DNA of 44,286 nucleotides from Thermoplasmata archaeon (GTDB lineage: Archaea; Thermoplasmatota; Thermoplasmata; RBG-16-68-12; EA-27): assembly GCA_035283165.1 (NCBI GenBank), contig DATEUK010000009.1, positions 1-44,286 on the forward strand, given 5' to 3'. The notes under the pieces were generated by a model. That model worked only from the letters and a program-made list of their open reading frames with translations. It did not search any database and was not told the origin of the DNA. Position numbers and translations under genes: made by a program. Positions 1-9,447 of the stretch are shown here, piece by piece. How positions within the stretch are numbered: position 1 is the stretch's first letter; each line of letters begins with the position of its first letter.

Positions 1-1332
1 GACCAGCGGTTCGACTCCCTGTCCGGCGGTGAGAAGTCGAAAGTCCTGACCGCACGCGCCCTCGCGAATGCAAAGGAGAAGGACGTCCTCCTGCTCGACG
101 AGCCGACGAACCACATGGACATCGACACGATTGAGTGGATCGAGGAGTACCTCCTGGGCATCGACGCCGCCGTCCTCCTCGCCTCTCACGACAAGTTCCT
201 GCTCGACGCGATCGCTCACCGAGTGCTCGAGGTCGACCGGTTCCGGATCCACGCGTACGACGGCAACTACTCGGACTACCGAGTGCAACGCGATGCGATT
301 CAGCGCGCGCGGGAGGCGCAGCGCAAGAGGCATTTCGATGAGGTGAAGAGACAGCTGGCGATCATCGAGGAATTCAAGTCCCGGAAGGTGTACGAGCAGG
401 TCCTCTCTCGAAAGCTCCGCTTGGAGAAGATGCAACGGGAGACGCCCGAGGTGGGCCCGAGCGCGGCGAAGGCGTTCCGCCTCGCCTTCAAGGCGGGGAA
501 GGGTGGGCAGGGCGTCGTCTGGGTCGCGGGCGTCGCGAAGTCCCACGGCGGACGCCTCCTGTTCGCGGACGCGGACATCGAGCTCGGGAAGGGCGACCGC
601 GTCGGCCTCGTCGGGCCGAACGGATGCGGGAAGACGACGTTCCTGGAGATCGTGATCGGCCGCCAGGAGCCGGACGCGGGCACGGTGCACCGGGGCCGGG
701 CGCTGAGCGTCGGCTACTTCGCGCAGGAGGCGGAGGAGTTGGATTTCGACAACACGCTCCTCGAGGAGGTGCGGTCCATTCGCCACCCACCGCCGCCGGA
801 GGCGTGGGCCCGCGGCCTCCTCGGGCGATTCTGGTTCAAGGGCGACACGGCCCACTCGAAGGTCGGGACCCTCAGCGGCGGCGAGCGGGCGCGCCTCGCC
901 CTAGCGAAGTTCATCGCGTACGAGTACGACCTCCTCGTGCTGGACGAGCCGACAAACCACTTGGACATCGAGAGCCAGGAGATCGTGGCGGCGGCACTCC
1001 AGACGTACCCGGGCATGATCCTCGTCGTGAGCCACAACCGGAGCTTCCTGAACGAGGTGTGCACAAGGACGGCGGTGATCGCGCACCAGCGGCTGGCCGT
1101 GTTCCAGGGGACGTTCAAGGACTCGTGGGCGGCGGCGAAGATGGCGGACTTCATGGCGACGAAGGAGAAGCCGCGGTACCGCGTGCTGCGCGTCGTCAAG
1201 GATTGGGAGACGGGTGCGTCGTACCACGGCGGGGACGTGATCACGCTGAGCGGCGCGGAGACGCAGGCGTTCCTGCGGTTGCTCCGGTGGGCGGAGGCAA
1301 ACGGGCGCGTCGAGCGTGTCGGAGCGAACTAG
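1..1332 (+). CDS. ABC-F family ATPase (two tandem ABC domains, no membrane domain); 5' end cut by window edge
   Basis: Frame 1 is open from base 1. ABC1 shows signature LSGGEK and Walker B LLLDEPTNHMD. An ABCF-type helical linker follows (GNYSDYRVQRDAIQRAREAQRKRHFDEVKRQLAIIEEF...LRLEKM). ABC2 shows Walker A GPNGCGKTT, LSGGERARL and LLVLDEPTNHLD. Stop TAG at 1330-1332. Confidence 0.9.
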   Translation, partial: DQRFDSLSGGEKSKVLTARALANAKEKDVLLLDEPTNHMDIDTIEWIEEYLLGIDAAVLLASHDKFLLDAIAHRVLEVDRFRIHAYDGNYSDYRVQRDAIQRAREAQRKRHFDEVKRQLAIIEEFKSRKVYEQVLSRKLRLEKMQRETPEVGPSAAKAFRLAFKAGKGGQGVVWVAGVAKSHGGRLLFADADIELGKGDRVGLVGPNGCGKTTFLEIVIGRQEPDAGTVHRGRALSVGYFAQEAEELDFDNTLLEEVRSIRHPPPPEAWARGLLGRFWFKGDTAHSKVGTLSGGERARLALAKFIAYEYDLLVLDEPTNHLDIESQEIVAAALQTYPGMILVVSHNRSFLNEVCTRTAVIAHQRLAVFQGTFKDSWAAAKMADFMATKEKPRYRVLRVVKDWETGASYHGGDVITLSGAETQAFLRLLRWAEANGRVERVGAN

Positions 1333-1571
1333 CGTAGCTCACACACCGGGTACAGCTTCCGTCTCTCGACAAGTCCGGGTGGCCGTCGACGGCCTCTCGC
1401 GGAGGGGGAGCGCGAGGGAAGGCGGGAGGGGCGTAGTAGGGGTTTTGAACGCGTCCGGCCGGATATGGTCCGGAATTGGCGAGAAGTAACGCGGGTGTCA
1501 GTCGGCCGCACGCCATCGCCAAGTACATGTATCACGAACCCTGATGAACGGAGGGGCACCCACCCGGGGGC

Positions 1572-1976
1572 ATGGGCCTCACGTACGTTCGAATTCGCAT
1601 CGCAAAGGACGCGTCGACCCCGGCGCGCACGGTTCGCGTGCTTGTGGATACCGGGGCGACCTACACGATGCTTCCGAGGACTCTCCTCATGGAGCTCGGC
1701 ATCGTCCCTTCGGAGACGGAGCGGGTGCGACTGGGCGACGGGCGCCTCCTGGAGCGGGGTCTCGGCCAAGCGTACGTCCGCTACAGGCAGTACGAGACGC
1801 CCACCTGGGTCCTCTTCGGCGAGAACCGGAGCCTGTCCGTGTTGGGCGCACTGACACTGGAGGAGCTTAGGCTGCACGTGGATCCGAGGTCCCGAACCCT
1901 TCGCAAGACGAAGATCGCCGTGATGGCGCACGCCGCTCGGGTCGCCCAGAGCGCCCCGCCCTCTCTAGCGCCCTGA
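1572..1976 (+). CDS. retropepsin-like (clan AA) aspartic protease, small single-domain
   Basis: 134-aa ORF with the catalytic-type motif VLVDTGATYTMLP and the later hydrophobic LGALTLEEL typical of archaeal/bacterial retropepsin-like proteins. ATG start. Confidence 0.6.
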   Translation: MGLTYVRIRIAKDASTPARTVRVLVDTGATYTMLPRTLLMELGIVPSETERVRLGDGRLLERGLGQAYVRYRQYETPTWVLFGENRSLSVLGALTLEELRLHVDPRSRTLRKTKIAVMAHAARVAQSAPPSLAP

Positions 1977-2028
1977 TTGCTCGAGAATCCGAAACGGTAA
2001 AGAGCGGGGTTCGACTAGGCCTTCCCGC

Positions 2029-2130
2029 AGCCCCGTGGTCTAGCGGTCAAGGATACGAGGCTCTGGATCCACCGTACCCGACGGCGAGAGGAGAGACCTT
2101 GTGGCGGCAGTTCGAATCTGCCCGGGGCTA
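2029..2130 (+). tRNA. tRNA-Gln (anticodon CTG) with a 29-nt intron at the canonical 37/38 position
   Basis: Hand-folded cloverleaf. Acceptor AGCCCCG/CGGGGCT (A1-U72), D arm GTCT-AGCGGTCAA-GGAT, anticodon stem CGAGG/CCTTG with loop CTCTGG^A, T arm GGCAG-TTCGAAT-CTGCC, discriminator A. No encoded CCA. A weak TATA-like GGTAAAGA is centred about 27 nt upstream. Confidence 0.85.
2067..2095 (+). other. archaeal tRNA intron (bulge-helix-bulge substrate)
   Basis: The intron is AUCCACCGUACCCGACGGCGAGAGGAGAG. Exon nt 32-35 (CUCU) pair with intron GGAG to form a 4-bp helix. That helix is flanked by 3-nt bulges GG|a and ag|A that contain both splice sites. The inner intron hairpin is CCGU-ACCCG-ACGG. 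Confidence 0.75.
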
Positions 2131-2286
2131 TTCCTCCCTTCGAGAGATGCCGATACGATTCCCCAGGCAACGAGGAAGGGTGATGAATCGTTCCGCTCGA
2201 TGCCCAATGCCCCGCATCGGTTCCGCCGGGCAAGGTGGCGGCTGGAAGCTTGAGAGCGTGCAATTGTTGCTAAATCAGAAACATTA

Positions 2287-2829
2287 ATGAACAACAACAA
2301 CTTCCGCAGGACAATGCCGCAGACGCGCGATGCGGACGCGGAGCTCTTCGCCGCGGTCCAGACGTTCCATCGAGCGATGGCCGAGGTCGTCCATCCGATG
2401 TTCGACGAGGTCGGCGTCACGAACGGGCAGTTCTTCCTCCTCTTCTTCATCGAGAAGATGCCCCGGCCGACCGTCGGGTCGATCGCGGACCAGCTCGGCG
2501 TGCGGATGTCCACGGTCACCCATCTCCTGAACAACGTCGAGGAGCGTGGACTCGTGCGGCGCGAGCGATCGTCCGAGGACCGTCGCGTGGTCCGACTCGT
2601 GGTGACCTCGCGCGGCTCGAAGCTCCTCGCAAGGATCGAGGGCCGCCTCCTCGAGCACGTCCGATCTGCTTCTTCGGGGATTAACGAGGAGAAGAAGACC
2701 GAGGCCAGCCGCCTGCTGAACGAGATCGCCTCGCGCATCCGAGGCGCCGAAAGCGCCGATGCGAGCGCACGCGTATCCCTTCCGCCTTCCGCTCCCAAGA
2801 AGAAGCCCACCAGAGGTGGTCGAAAATGA
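2287..2829 (+). CDS. MarR-family winged-helix transcriptional regulator
   Basis: 180 aa. wHTH core is PTVGSIADQLGVRMSTVTHLLNNVEERGLVRRERSSEDRRVVRLVVTSRG (typical MarR recognition helix plus wing). Its stop overlaps the next ATG (ATGA at 2826-2829). Confidence 0.85.
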   Translation: MNNNNFRRTMPQTRDADAELFAAVQTFHRAMAEVVHPMFDEVGVTNGQFFLLFFIEKMPRPTVGSIADQLGVRMSTVTHLLNNVEERGLVRRERSSEDRRVVRLVVTSRGSKLLARIEGRLLEHVRSASSGINEEKKTEASRLLNEIASRIRGAESADASARVSLPPSAPKKKPTRGGRK

Positions 2830-3572
2830 TTGCAGCGAAGGAAAGTGGAACCTCACCGGGGGACGACGTCGTCATCGAATGCCAGGAAGTGCGGAAGACC
2901 TACAAGACGGGCAAGATCGCCGTCGAGGCGCTTCGCGGGGTCGACCTGCGCGTACACCGTGGCGAGGTCGTGGCGGTGATGGGGCCCTCAGGTTGCGGGA
3001 AGACCACGCTGCTCAACTGCCTTTCCGGTTTGGATGACGTCTCGACGGGTAGCGTCCGGATCGAAGGGAAGGAGATCGCGCGGATGAACGACAACCAGCG
3101 CTCCGACTTCCGCGCCCTCCGGATGGGGTTCGTCTTCCAGAATTACAACCTCATGCCCGTCCTCACCGCCGTCGAGAACGTCGAGCTGCCCCTTCTGCTC
3201 ACCGGGAACAGCCGCGCGGAGTCGCGCAAGCGGGCGCACGAGTCGCTCAAGGTCATGGGGCTGGAGGGCCGCGAGAGCCACCGCCCGGCCGAGCTGAGCG
3301 GCGGGGAGCAGCAGCGCGTCGCGATCGCGCGGTCGATCGTGAACTCCCCCGCAATCCTCTGGGCGGACGAGCCGACGGGGAACCTCGACACGCAGACCGC
3401 GCTGAAGGTGATCGAGCTCCTCCTGCAGGTGAACTCGCGAACCGGGCAGACCGTCGTCATGGTCACCCACGACCCGAACGTTGGGAAGCGGTCGCACAGG
3501 ATCCTCCGCATGGACTCCGGGGTCATGTTGGCGGAGGAAACCGGAGAACTCGCCGCCGGGCCCGCCGCGTAA
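2826..3572 (+). CDS. ABC transporter ATP-binding protein (MacB/LolD-like)
   Basis: Walker A GPSGCGKTT, Q-loop, signature LSGGEQQRVAIAR, Walker B ILWADEPTGNLD, H-loop VTHD. SD-like AGAGGTGG lies 6 nt upstream of the ATG. Confidence 0.95.
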   Translation: MIAAKESGTSPGDDVVIECQEVRKTYKTGKIAVEALRGVDLRVHRGEVVAVMGPSGCGKTTLLNCLSGLDDVSTGSVRIEGKEIARMNDNQRSDFRALRMGFVFQNYNLMPVLTAVENVELPLLLTGNSRAESRKRAHESLKVMGLEGRESHRPAELSGGEQQRVAIARSIVNSPAILWADEPTGNLDTQTALKVIELLLQVNSRTGQTVVMVTHDPNVGKRSHRILRMDSGVMLAEETGELAAGPAA

Positions 3573-3585
3573 GGGAGGGGTCGTC

Positions 3586-6516
3586 TTGGCAGAGATCGCA
3601 CTGACCCCCGCGCTCCTCATCCTGCTCATCGTCCTCCTCGTGCTCGCCGCGTTCGCCACCCGTCGGAAGGTCCTCTTCCGCATCGGCGCACGGAACTTCG
3701 TCCGCCACAAGTCGACCTCCGTCCTCGTCGTGGCGGGACTCCTCATCGGCTCCTCGATCCTCTCCGCCGCCGCGGTCCTCGGCGACTCGGTCGCCTTCAC
3801 AATCGTCCGCGGCACGTACGAGAGTTACGACCTGGTCGACGTGGAGGTCCGGGATGCGGATGGTCTGGTGTTCAACCAGAGCGTCTCCGATGCCCTCCTC
3901 GCCTCGGCGCCGCTCATGGACCTCGCCGACGCGGCCGCTCCCCTCCTCACCACGTTTGCGGCGGTCGATGATGCGGACAGCGGGCAGGCAGAGCCGTTCG
4001 TCGCGGTGCAAGGCTTCGATCCGGCGCTCGACCGAGGGTTCGGACCGTTCGACCCTCGGGGTCGGGCAGGGGACCTATGGGGCGACGAACTCAACGCGAC
4101 CCTGGTCTACCTGAACTCCCGCGCGGCGGACGCGCTCGACGCGAGCGAGGGCGACCGGCTGAACCTTCTTCTCCTCAATCCGGGGTCTCCCCAACCCGCG
4201 ATCGCCTCCGTCCGCGTCGCCGCGATCGTCGAGGATTCGGGCAAGGGCGGCTACGGTTCCACCGCGACCGTGTTCTTGCGCCTCCGCGAACTCCAAGCGC
4301 ACCTCGGCCTCCCGGCAACAATCTCCGTGGTTCGCTTCTCCGCCCCCGGCGACCGCGAAGCGGGCGCGCGTTCGAGCGGCCCGCTGGCGGAATCCGCTCG
4401 CTCGGACCTCGCGGGCCTCGGGCCCGCTGGAGCACGCCTGACGGTGCGAGAGGCCAAGGCGGACTCGCTCGAACAGGCCCAGCAGGCTTCCGAGGGGATC
4501 CGCATCTTCCTCACGATCATGGGCAGCTTCTCGATCATCGCCGGGGTCGTCCTGATCGTCAACATCTTCACGATGCTCGCGGAGGAGCGCAAGGTGGAGC
4601 TCGGCATGGGGCGGGCAATGGGCATGCGACGGTCCACCCTGGTGCAGCTGTTCGTCTTTGAGGGTCTCACCTATGCAGTCGCGGCGGCAGCCGTCGGGAC
4701 CCTCGTGGGAATCGCGATCGGGGCCCTCCTGATCGGCACGCTCAATTCCGTGTTCGGGGCGCTCGGGGCCAACCTGCCGATCGTGATCGCACCCGGGAGC
4801 ATGATCGATGCGTTTGCGGTCGGGGTTCTGCTCACCCTGGCCACGATCTGTTTCGCGGCGTACCGGCTCTCGCGCTTCAACATCATCGCCGCCGTGCGCG
4901 ACCTCCCGGAGCACGTGACCGAGCACGCCTCGCGTCGGTTCGCGTACGCGGGTGCCGCCGTCGGGGTCCTGACCCTGCTCGCGGCGATCGCGTCCCGAGG
5001 AAATCCGTCGATCATGTCCCTCCTGTTGGCGGTCGCGGTCATCGCCTTCTCCGTCCCCCTCAGCCGCCGTGTCCCCTCCCGTGCGGCCTACACCGCGGGC
5101 GCCCTGGTCGCGCTCGTTGTGGTCCTCTGGAACTTGGGGGGTCAACCGGCAGGCGACGGAGGCATCGAGACGTTCGCTGCCGGTTTCATCGGCGCGGGGG
5201 TGGTGATCGTCTTCGCCGGCGTCCTGATCGTCATCGCCAACTCCGACTACGTCTCCGCGGGGCTAGCGCGCCTCATGGCCGCCTCGCGTTCCCTCCGGCC
5301 CGCGGCCAAGGTCTCCGCGGCCTATCCCCTCTACCGCCGGTTCCGGACGGGCTCGACCGTGGCGATGTTCGGGCTCGTGCTCTTCACGATCGTCGTCCTG
5401 AGCATCTTCACCGGGATCTTCTCGAGCGACATCGACGAGCAGCTCCGCGACCAGAGCGGGGGGTACGACATCCTGGGGACGAGCATCGCGCCCGTCACCC
5501 TCACGAACGCATCCGCACCCTCGTTGGACACCCGCGTGGAGCGGTTCGTCCAGTTCGGATCGATGAAAGCCCCGGTCCTTGCCCGCGGCAGGCTCCTGAG
5601 CCAGGGGGGCGTGGGGTTCGGGCAGGCAGGCGGCGGGCCCGTGACCGTACTCGGGGCGGACCCCGGGTTTACATCGGGGGACACGCCGGCCCTGTCGGAG
5701 ATCGCGCCGGGGTACGACCGGGCCTCGGCCTGGGCAGCGGTAGAGGACGGGACCGGGACGGTGCTTACCTCCTCCGTCCTCGGAGGGGGCGGCTTCGCCC
5801 CGCCCGGCGGCGGCAACAGCGCGGTCGGACTCGGCGAACCGGTCCAGATCAATGGCACTTCGGGGCCATGGAACGTGACCGCTGTCGGCATCACCCAGTC
5901 GTTCTTCATCCAGGGGATCATCGTCTCTCGCGGCGCCCTCCTGTCTGCGTTCCCGGGTGACTCGCGTGCGGTGAACTCGACGTTCTTCCTCTTCAAGTCG
6001 CGGGTCCCGGCGGACCTCCATGAGTTGACGCACGACCTCGAGCGGGAGCTGCGTCCCGTCGGGATGAACACCGTGGACCTCCGGGAGAGCCTCGAGTTCT
6101 TCCTCGGGGCCTTCAACACGATCTTCCTCCTCTTCCAGTCGTTCCTCGCCCTCGGCCTCGTCGTCGGGATCGCCGGACTCGCGATCATCACCGCCCGGAA
6201 CGTCGTGGAGCGGAAGCGGGAGATCGGCGTGCTACGTGCCCTGGGGTTCCGTCGATCTCTGGTGCTGAAGTCCCAGCTGATCGAAGTGCTCCTCGTGGTC
6301 TCGCTGGGGGTGCTGATCGGCCTCGTCGTGGGGATCGCGTTCGCGGCGCAGCTCTTCGCATCGGCCGAGGTCGCGGGAGTTGAGCTCACGATCCCATGGG
6401 ACCGGCTGGGACTCATCTTTCTCGTCACCTACGCGGCGGTCCTTCTGGCATCGGTCGTCCCCGTGATCCGCGCGGCGCGAATTCGACCGTCCGAGGCCCT
6501 GCGGGTGATGGAGTGA
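3586..6516 (+). CDS. ABC transporter permease with two FtsX-like modules and large extracytoplasmic loops
   Basis: Start chosen at TTG 3586, which lies 5 nt after GGGAGGGG (3573-3580). The ORF-track start at 3481 would overlap the ATPase gene. Two FtsX-type 4-TM blocks are present (around RIFLTIMGSFSIIAGVVLIVNIF... and FLLFQSFLALGLVVGIAGLAII...REIGVLRALGF). Confidence 0.85.
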   Translation: MAEIALTPALLILLIVLLVLAAFATRRKVLFRIGARNFVRHKSTSVLVVAGLLIGSSILSAAAVLGDSVAFTIVRGTYESYDLVDVEVRDADGLVFNQSVSDALLASAPLMDLADAAAPLLTTFAAVDDADSGQAEPFVAVQGFDPALDRGFGPFDPRGRAGDLWGDELNATLVYLNSRAADALDASEGDRLNLLLLNPGSPQPAIASVRVAAIVEDSGKGGYGSTATVFLRLRELQAHLGLPATISVVRFSAPGDREAGARSSGPLAESARSDLAGLGPAGARLTVREAKADSLEQAQQASEGIRIFLTIMGSFSIIAGVVLIVNIFTMLAEERKVELGMGRAMGMRRSTLVQLFVFEGLTYAVAAAAVGTLVGIAIGALLIGTLNSVFGALGANLPIVIAPGSMIDAFAVGVLLTLATICFAAYRLSRFNIIAAVRDLPEHVTEHASRRFAYAGAAVGVLTLLAAIASRGNPSIMSLLLAVAVIAFSVPLSRRVPSRAAYTAGALVALVVVLWNLGGQPAGDGGIETFAAGFIGAGVVIVFAGVLIVIANSDYVSAGLARLMAASRSLRPAAKVSAAYPLYRRFRTGSTVAMFGLVLFTIVVLSIFTGIFSSDIDEQLRDQSGGYDILGTSIAPVTLTNASAPSLDTRVERFVQFGSMKAPVLARGRLLSQGGVGFGQAGGGPVTVLGADPGFTSGDTPALSEIAPGYDRASAWAAVEDGTGTVLTSSVLGGGGFAPPGGGNSAVGLGEPVQINGTSGPWNVTAVGITQSFFIQGIIVSRGALLSAFPGDSRAVNSTFFLFKSRVPADLHELTHDLERELRPVGMNTVDLRESLEFFLGAFNTIFLLFQSFLALGLVVGIAGLAIITARNVVERKREIGVLRALGFRRSLVLKSQLIEVLLVVSLGVLIGLVVGIAFAAQLFASAEVAGVELTIPWDRLGLIFLVTYAAVLLASVVPVIRAARIRPSEALRVME

Positions 6517-6541
6517 TTGACGGCCCTTCGATGAGGCCCGC

Positions 6542-8062
6542 TCAGGCCTCGTCCTTACCCCGCCATCGCCGGTGCGTCTCGACCAGGTCCCGGTACCGAG
6601 CCACCTCGGCGGCGCGCCGCGTCCCGTCCCAGCCCATCTCCGCCGCCAACGCGTTCGCAACGTCCTCCATCGCACTGAGTCCCTGATCGGCGGTCTCGTA
6701 AAAGACGCGCGTCCGACGAATCATGACGTCGTCCAAGCGTAGCGCCATCTCGTCGCGGACAATCCGCGAGACGTCTTCGTGGCCTGCGTTCGGGACTCCC
6801 GCGTCCGGGCCCTCGATTCGCAATCTGTCCGCCGGCTTCGTCCGTTCGACAGTTCCCGGAAGGCGGGAGCCGATCCGTTCCAGAAGTTCCGCCGCCATCG
6901 TGCGCGCCGTCGTGAGCTTGCCACCGACGACGGTGACGAGGCCGTCCGGATCCTCCACGATCACGTGCCTCCGCGATATGGCGGACTCCTCCGCCTCCCC
7001 GGTGTCCAGCAAGGGACGGAGACCCGCAAACGCGCTCACGACGTCTCCCCGCGTGAGGTGCGCGAGGGGGATGAACGCGTTGACCGAACGGAGCAGATAG
7101 TCCACGTCCTCGTGGTCCGCGACGACCGCGTCCCGGTCCCCGCGGTAGTCCGTGTCCGTGGTCCCGAGGAGCGAGAAACGTCCCCACGGGATTGCGAACA
7201 TCAGCCGGCCGTCACTACCGAATAGGACAATGGCGTCGCCGTGGCCGAGCTTGTCCCGCGGCACAAGTGCGTGAACGCCCTTGGTGGGGCGCAGGCAGAG
7301 GCGGTTCGCCCCTCCTTGAAGATCCGGTGCCCACACGCCCGTCGCGTTCACAACGACCGTCGCGCGGACCTGGAACGACTCCGAAGTCTCTTCGTCCACG
7401 ACCTGGGCACCGCGGACCGTCCCTCCCTCTCGGATTAGTTCCGACACCCGCGCGTAGTTGGCGACGAGTGCGGCGGCTTGGTGGGCCGCGCGGGCCACCG
7501 CCAAGACGAGGCGGGCGTCGTTCGCCATCCCGTCCGAGTACAGGGCCGCCGCCACGAGCCCCTCGCGGTCGAGCCGGGGCTCGCGCTCCAACGCCGCCTG
7601 GGCCGACAACCACCGCCGTCTGGGGAGGGACTTGTCCTTCGACAGCGCGTCGTAGAGCCAGAGGCCGATGCGGAGCTGCCACCGCCCCGGGCCGCGATGG
7701 CGGTACACGGGGATGAGGAACGTCAGGGGTTTCACGAGGGTCGGCGCAATCCGCAGTAGACGGTCGCGCTCCCGCGCGGCTTGCCTCACGAGGCCGAACC
7801 GAAACTGCCGGAGATAGCGGAGGCCGCCATGGATGAGCCGCGACGTCTTCCCGCTGGTCCCGCTCGCGAAGTCGCCCTTCTCCACGAGCGCCGTCTTCAG
7901 CCCCCGGCGCGCGGCGGTAAGGGCGACCCACGCGCCGACGATCCCGCCGCCTACGACGAGGATGTCCACCGGTCCCGCCGCCATCGCCCGGAGATTCGCG
8001 GCCCGTGTTCGGAATGAGAATTCCTTCAGCGAATCGAGGGTCGGCGTCCCAACCATGAACAC
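6542..8062 (-). CDS. FAD-dependent glycerol-3-phosphate dehydrogenase/oxidase (GlpA/GlpD family)
   Basis: N-terminal Rossmann motif DILVVGGGIVGAWVALTAARRGLKTALVEKGDFASGTSGKTSRLIHGGLRYL, with family-typical length (506 aa). GTG at 8062, or ATG at 8056, as start. Confidence 0.85.
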   Translation of the reverse strand: MFMVGTPTLDSLKEFSFRTRAANLRAMAAGPVDILVVGGGIVGAWVALTAARRGLKTALVEKGDFASGTSGKTSRLIHGGLRYLRQFRFGLVRQAARERDRLLRIAPTLVKPLTFLIPVYRHRGPGRWQLRIGLWLYDALSKDKSLPRRRWLSAQAALEREPRLDREGLVAAALYSDGMANDARLVLAVARAAHQAAALVANYARVSELIREGGTVRGAQVVDEETSESFQVRATVVVNATGVWAPDLQGGANRLCLRPTKGVHALVPRDKLGHGDAIVLFGSDGRLMFAIPWGRFSLLGTTDTDYRGDRDAVVADHEDVDYLLRSVNAFIPLAHLTRGDVVSAFAGLRPLLDTGEAEESAISRRHVIVEDPDGLVTVVGGKLTTARTMAAELLERIGSRLPGTVERTKPADRLRIEGPDAGVPNAGHEDVSRIVRDEMALRLDDVMIRRTRVFYETADQGLSAMEDVANALAAEMGWDGTRRAAEVARYRDLVETHRRWRGKDEA

Positions 8063-8224
8063 TACCGCCAGATTCGGCGCATCGGCCCGGGAATCAGGGA
8101 AGGATTATAGATAGTCCCGGATGGGCAACGGAATCGCGCAGAGGCTTCGGAGGATTCCGGCCGTCGCCGGAGTTCGCCAACCCCAAGAGACTATTCCATC
8201 GAAACGCTTACGACCGAGGATACG

Positions 8225-9409
8225 GTGTCGGGCGGCCGAAGCGACGTGACCGACCGGATCGACCGACCCTCCTTCTCCGACGTCCAAGTCGCCGCATTTC
8301 GACTGCGGCGGCACCACCTCGACCTCCGGGCATCGCGAGGGCGGCTCGAGAGCGTCGTCGGGGACATCTGCGGCGTCCAGGCCCAGGTGATGGGGATGGC
8401 GCGAATCGCCCTTTGGGCCCGCCTCCGACAGCTGACCGTCACCGACGTCGAGCGGGCAATCGAGCAGAAGCGGACGATCGTCAAGACGTGGTCGATGCGA
8501 GGGACGTTGCACCTCCATCCGTCGGGCGAACTTCCCGTCGTCCTCGGCGGACTCATGGCGACGAGGTTGGCCCACGAACAGCGGCGGATCCGCCGGCTCG
8601 GACTTAAGGAAGAGGAGACGACCTCAATGATCCTCAAGGCCCTCGCGGACGGGCCACTTACCCGGGGGCAGCTCTCGGAGCATCCGGGGACGCGGCTCGG
8701 GACGAAAGCGGAGGATTGGACGGACGGGGGCTGGGGACGGAAGACCGTCGGGACCGCCACCACGTGGCAACTCGTGAGACCCGGCGTCGTGCGTGGCCTC
8801 GTGTGCTTCGGGCCAAGCGACGGACAGGAGATCACGTTCGCGAGGACCGATCAATGGCTCCGCGATCCGCCGTCGAGGCTGAGCGAAGTGGAGGCCGAGG
8901 AGGCATTCCTCAGACGGTACCTCCGGTCGTTCGGCCCTTCCGATGTGCACGACATGCGGGCGTGGTCCGGAATCCATGTTCGGCGACTTCGCACGATCCT
9001 CGGACGACTCGGGGACGAACTCCTCGAGGTAGAACGGGATGGCGGCGCGGCCTTTCTGTTACGAAAGGACCTTCCCGACCTAGAGGCCGCAACCGGCGAT
9101 GGTGGAGTCGTGCGGCTCCTTCCCAGCTTTGACGCGTTCTTGCTAGGCCATCGAGGACGAGACCACCTCGTCGACCGGGCCCACTACAAAGACGTGTACA
9201 AGGACCAGGGGTGGCTCGCCCCGGTCGTCCTGGTGGATGGCCGCGTCGAAGGAACGTGGTCCTACCAGCGCAAGCCTCGCTCCCTGGACGTGGCCGTGAG
9301 GATGTTCACGTCCTTCGGCAGGGAAACGCGAAGGCGACTGGAGGAAGAGGCCCGGGATCTGACCCGGTTCCTCGAGGCCGGAGCCGCCAAGACCCGATTC
9401 ACCAAGTAG
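8225..9409 (+). CDS. winged-helix DNA glycosylase-like protein (YcaQ/AlkZ, HTH_42-like)
   Basis: 394 aa. Contains VVGDICGVQAQVMG (QxQ-type motif), KTWSMRGTLHLHP and C-terminal GWLAPVVLVDGRVEGTWSY, as in crosslink-repair glycosylase family members. GTG start. Confidence 0.7.
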   Translation: MSGGRSDVTDRIDRPSFSDVQVAAFRLRRHHLDLRASRGRLESVVGDICGVQAQVMGMARIALWARLRQLTVTDVERAIEQKRTIVKTWSMRGTLHLHPSGELPVVLGGLMATRLAHEQRRIRRLGLKEEETTSMILKALADGPLTRGQLSEHPGTRLGTKAEDWTDGGWGRKTVGTATTWQLVRPGVVRGLVCFGPSDGQEITFARTDQWLRDPPSRLSEVEAEEAFLRRYLRSFGPSDVHDMRAWSGIHVRRLRTILGRLGDELLEVERDGGAAFLLRKDLPDLEAATGDGGVVRLLPSFDAFLLGHRGRDHLVDRAHYKDVYKDQGWLAPVVLVDGRVEGTWSYQRKPRSLDVAVRMFTSFGRETRRRLEEEARDLTRFLEAGAAKTRFTK

Positions 9410-9447
9410 GTCCATCGCTGGAACAAACGACGCGACGCGCATCGTCC

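Noticed and set aside
8-20. T-loop-like GGTTCGACTCC (also GGTTCGACTAGG at about 2008-2019)
   Set aside because: No acceptor, D or anticodon arms can be folded around them. The first lies inside the ABC-F coding frame, and the second lies in the leader of tRNA-Gln.
3481-3585. ORF-track start (TTG 3481) for the permease, overlapping the ATPase gene by 92 nt
   Set aside because: The overlap region translates to an Arg/Ser/Gly-rich, non-membrane sequence. TTG 3586 has a GGGAGGGG SD and begins directly at the first TM segment.
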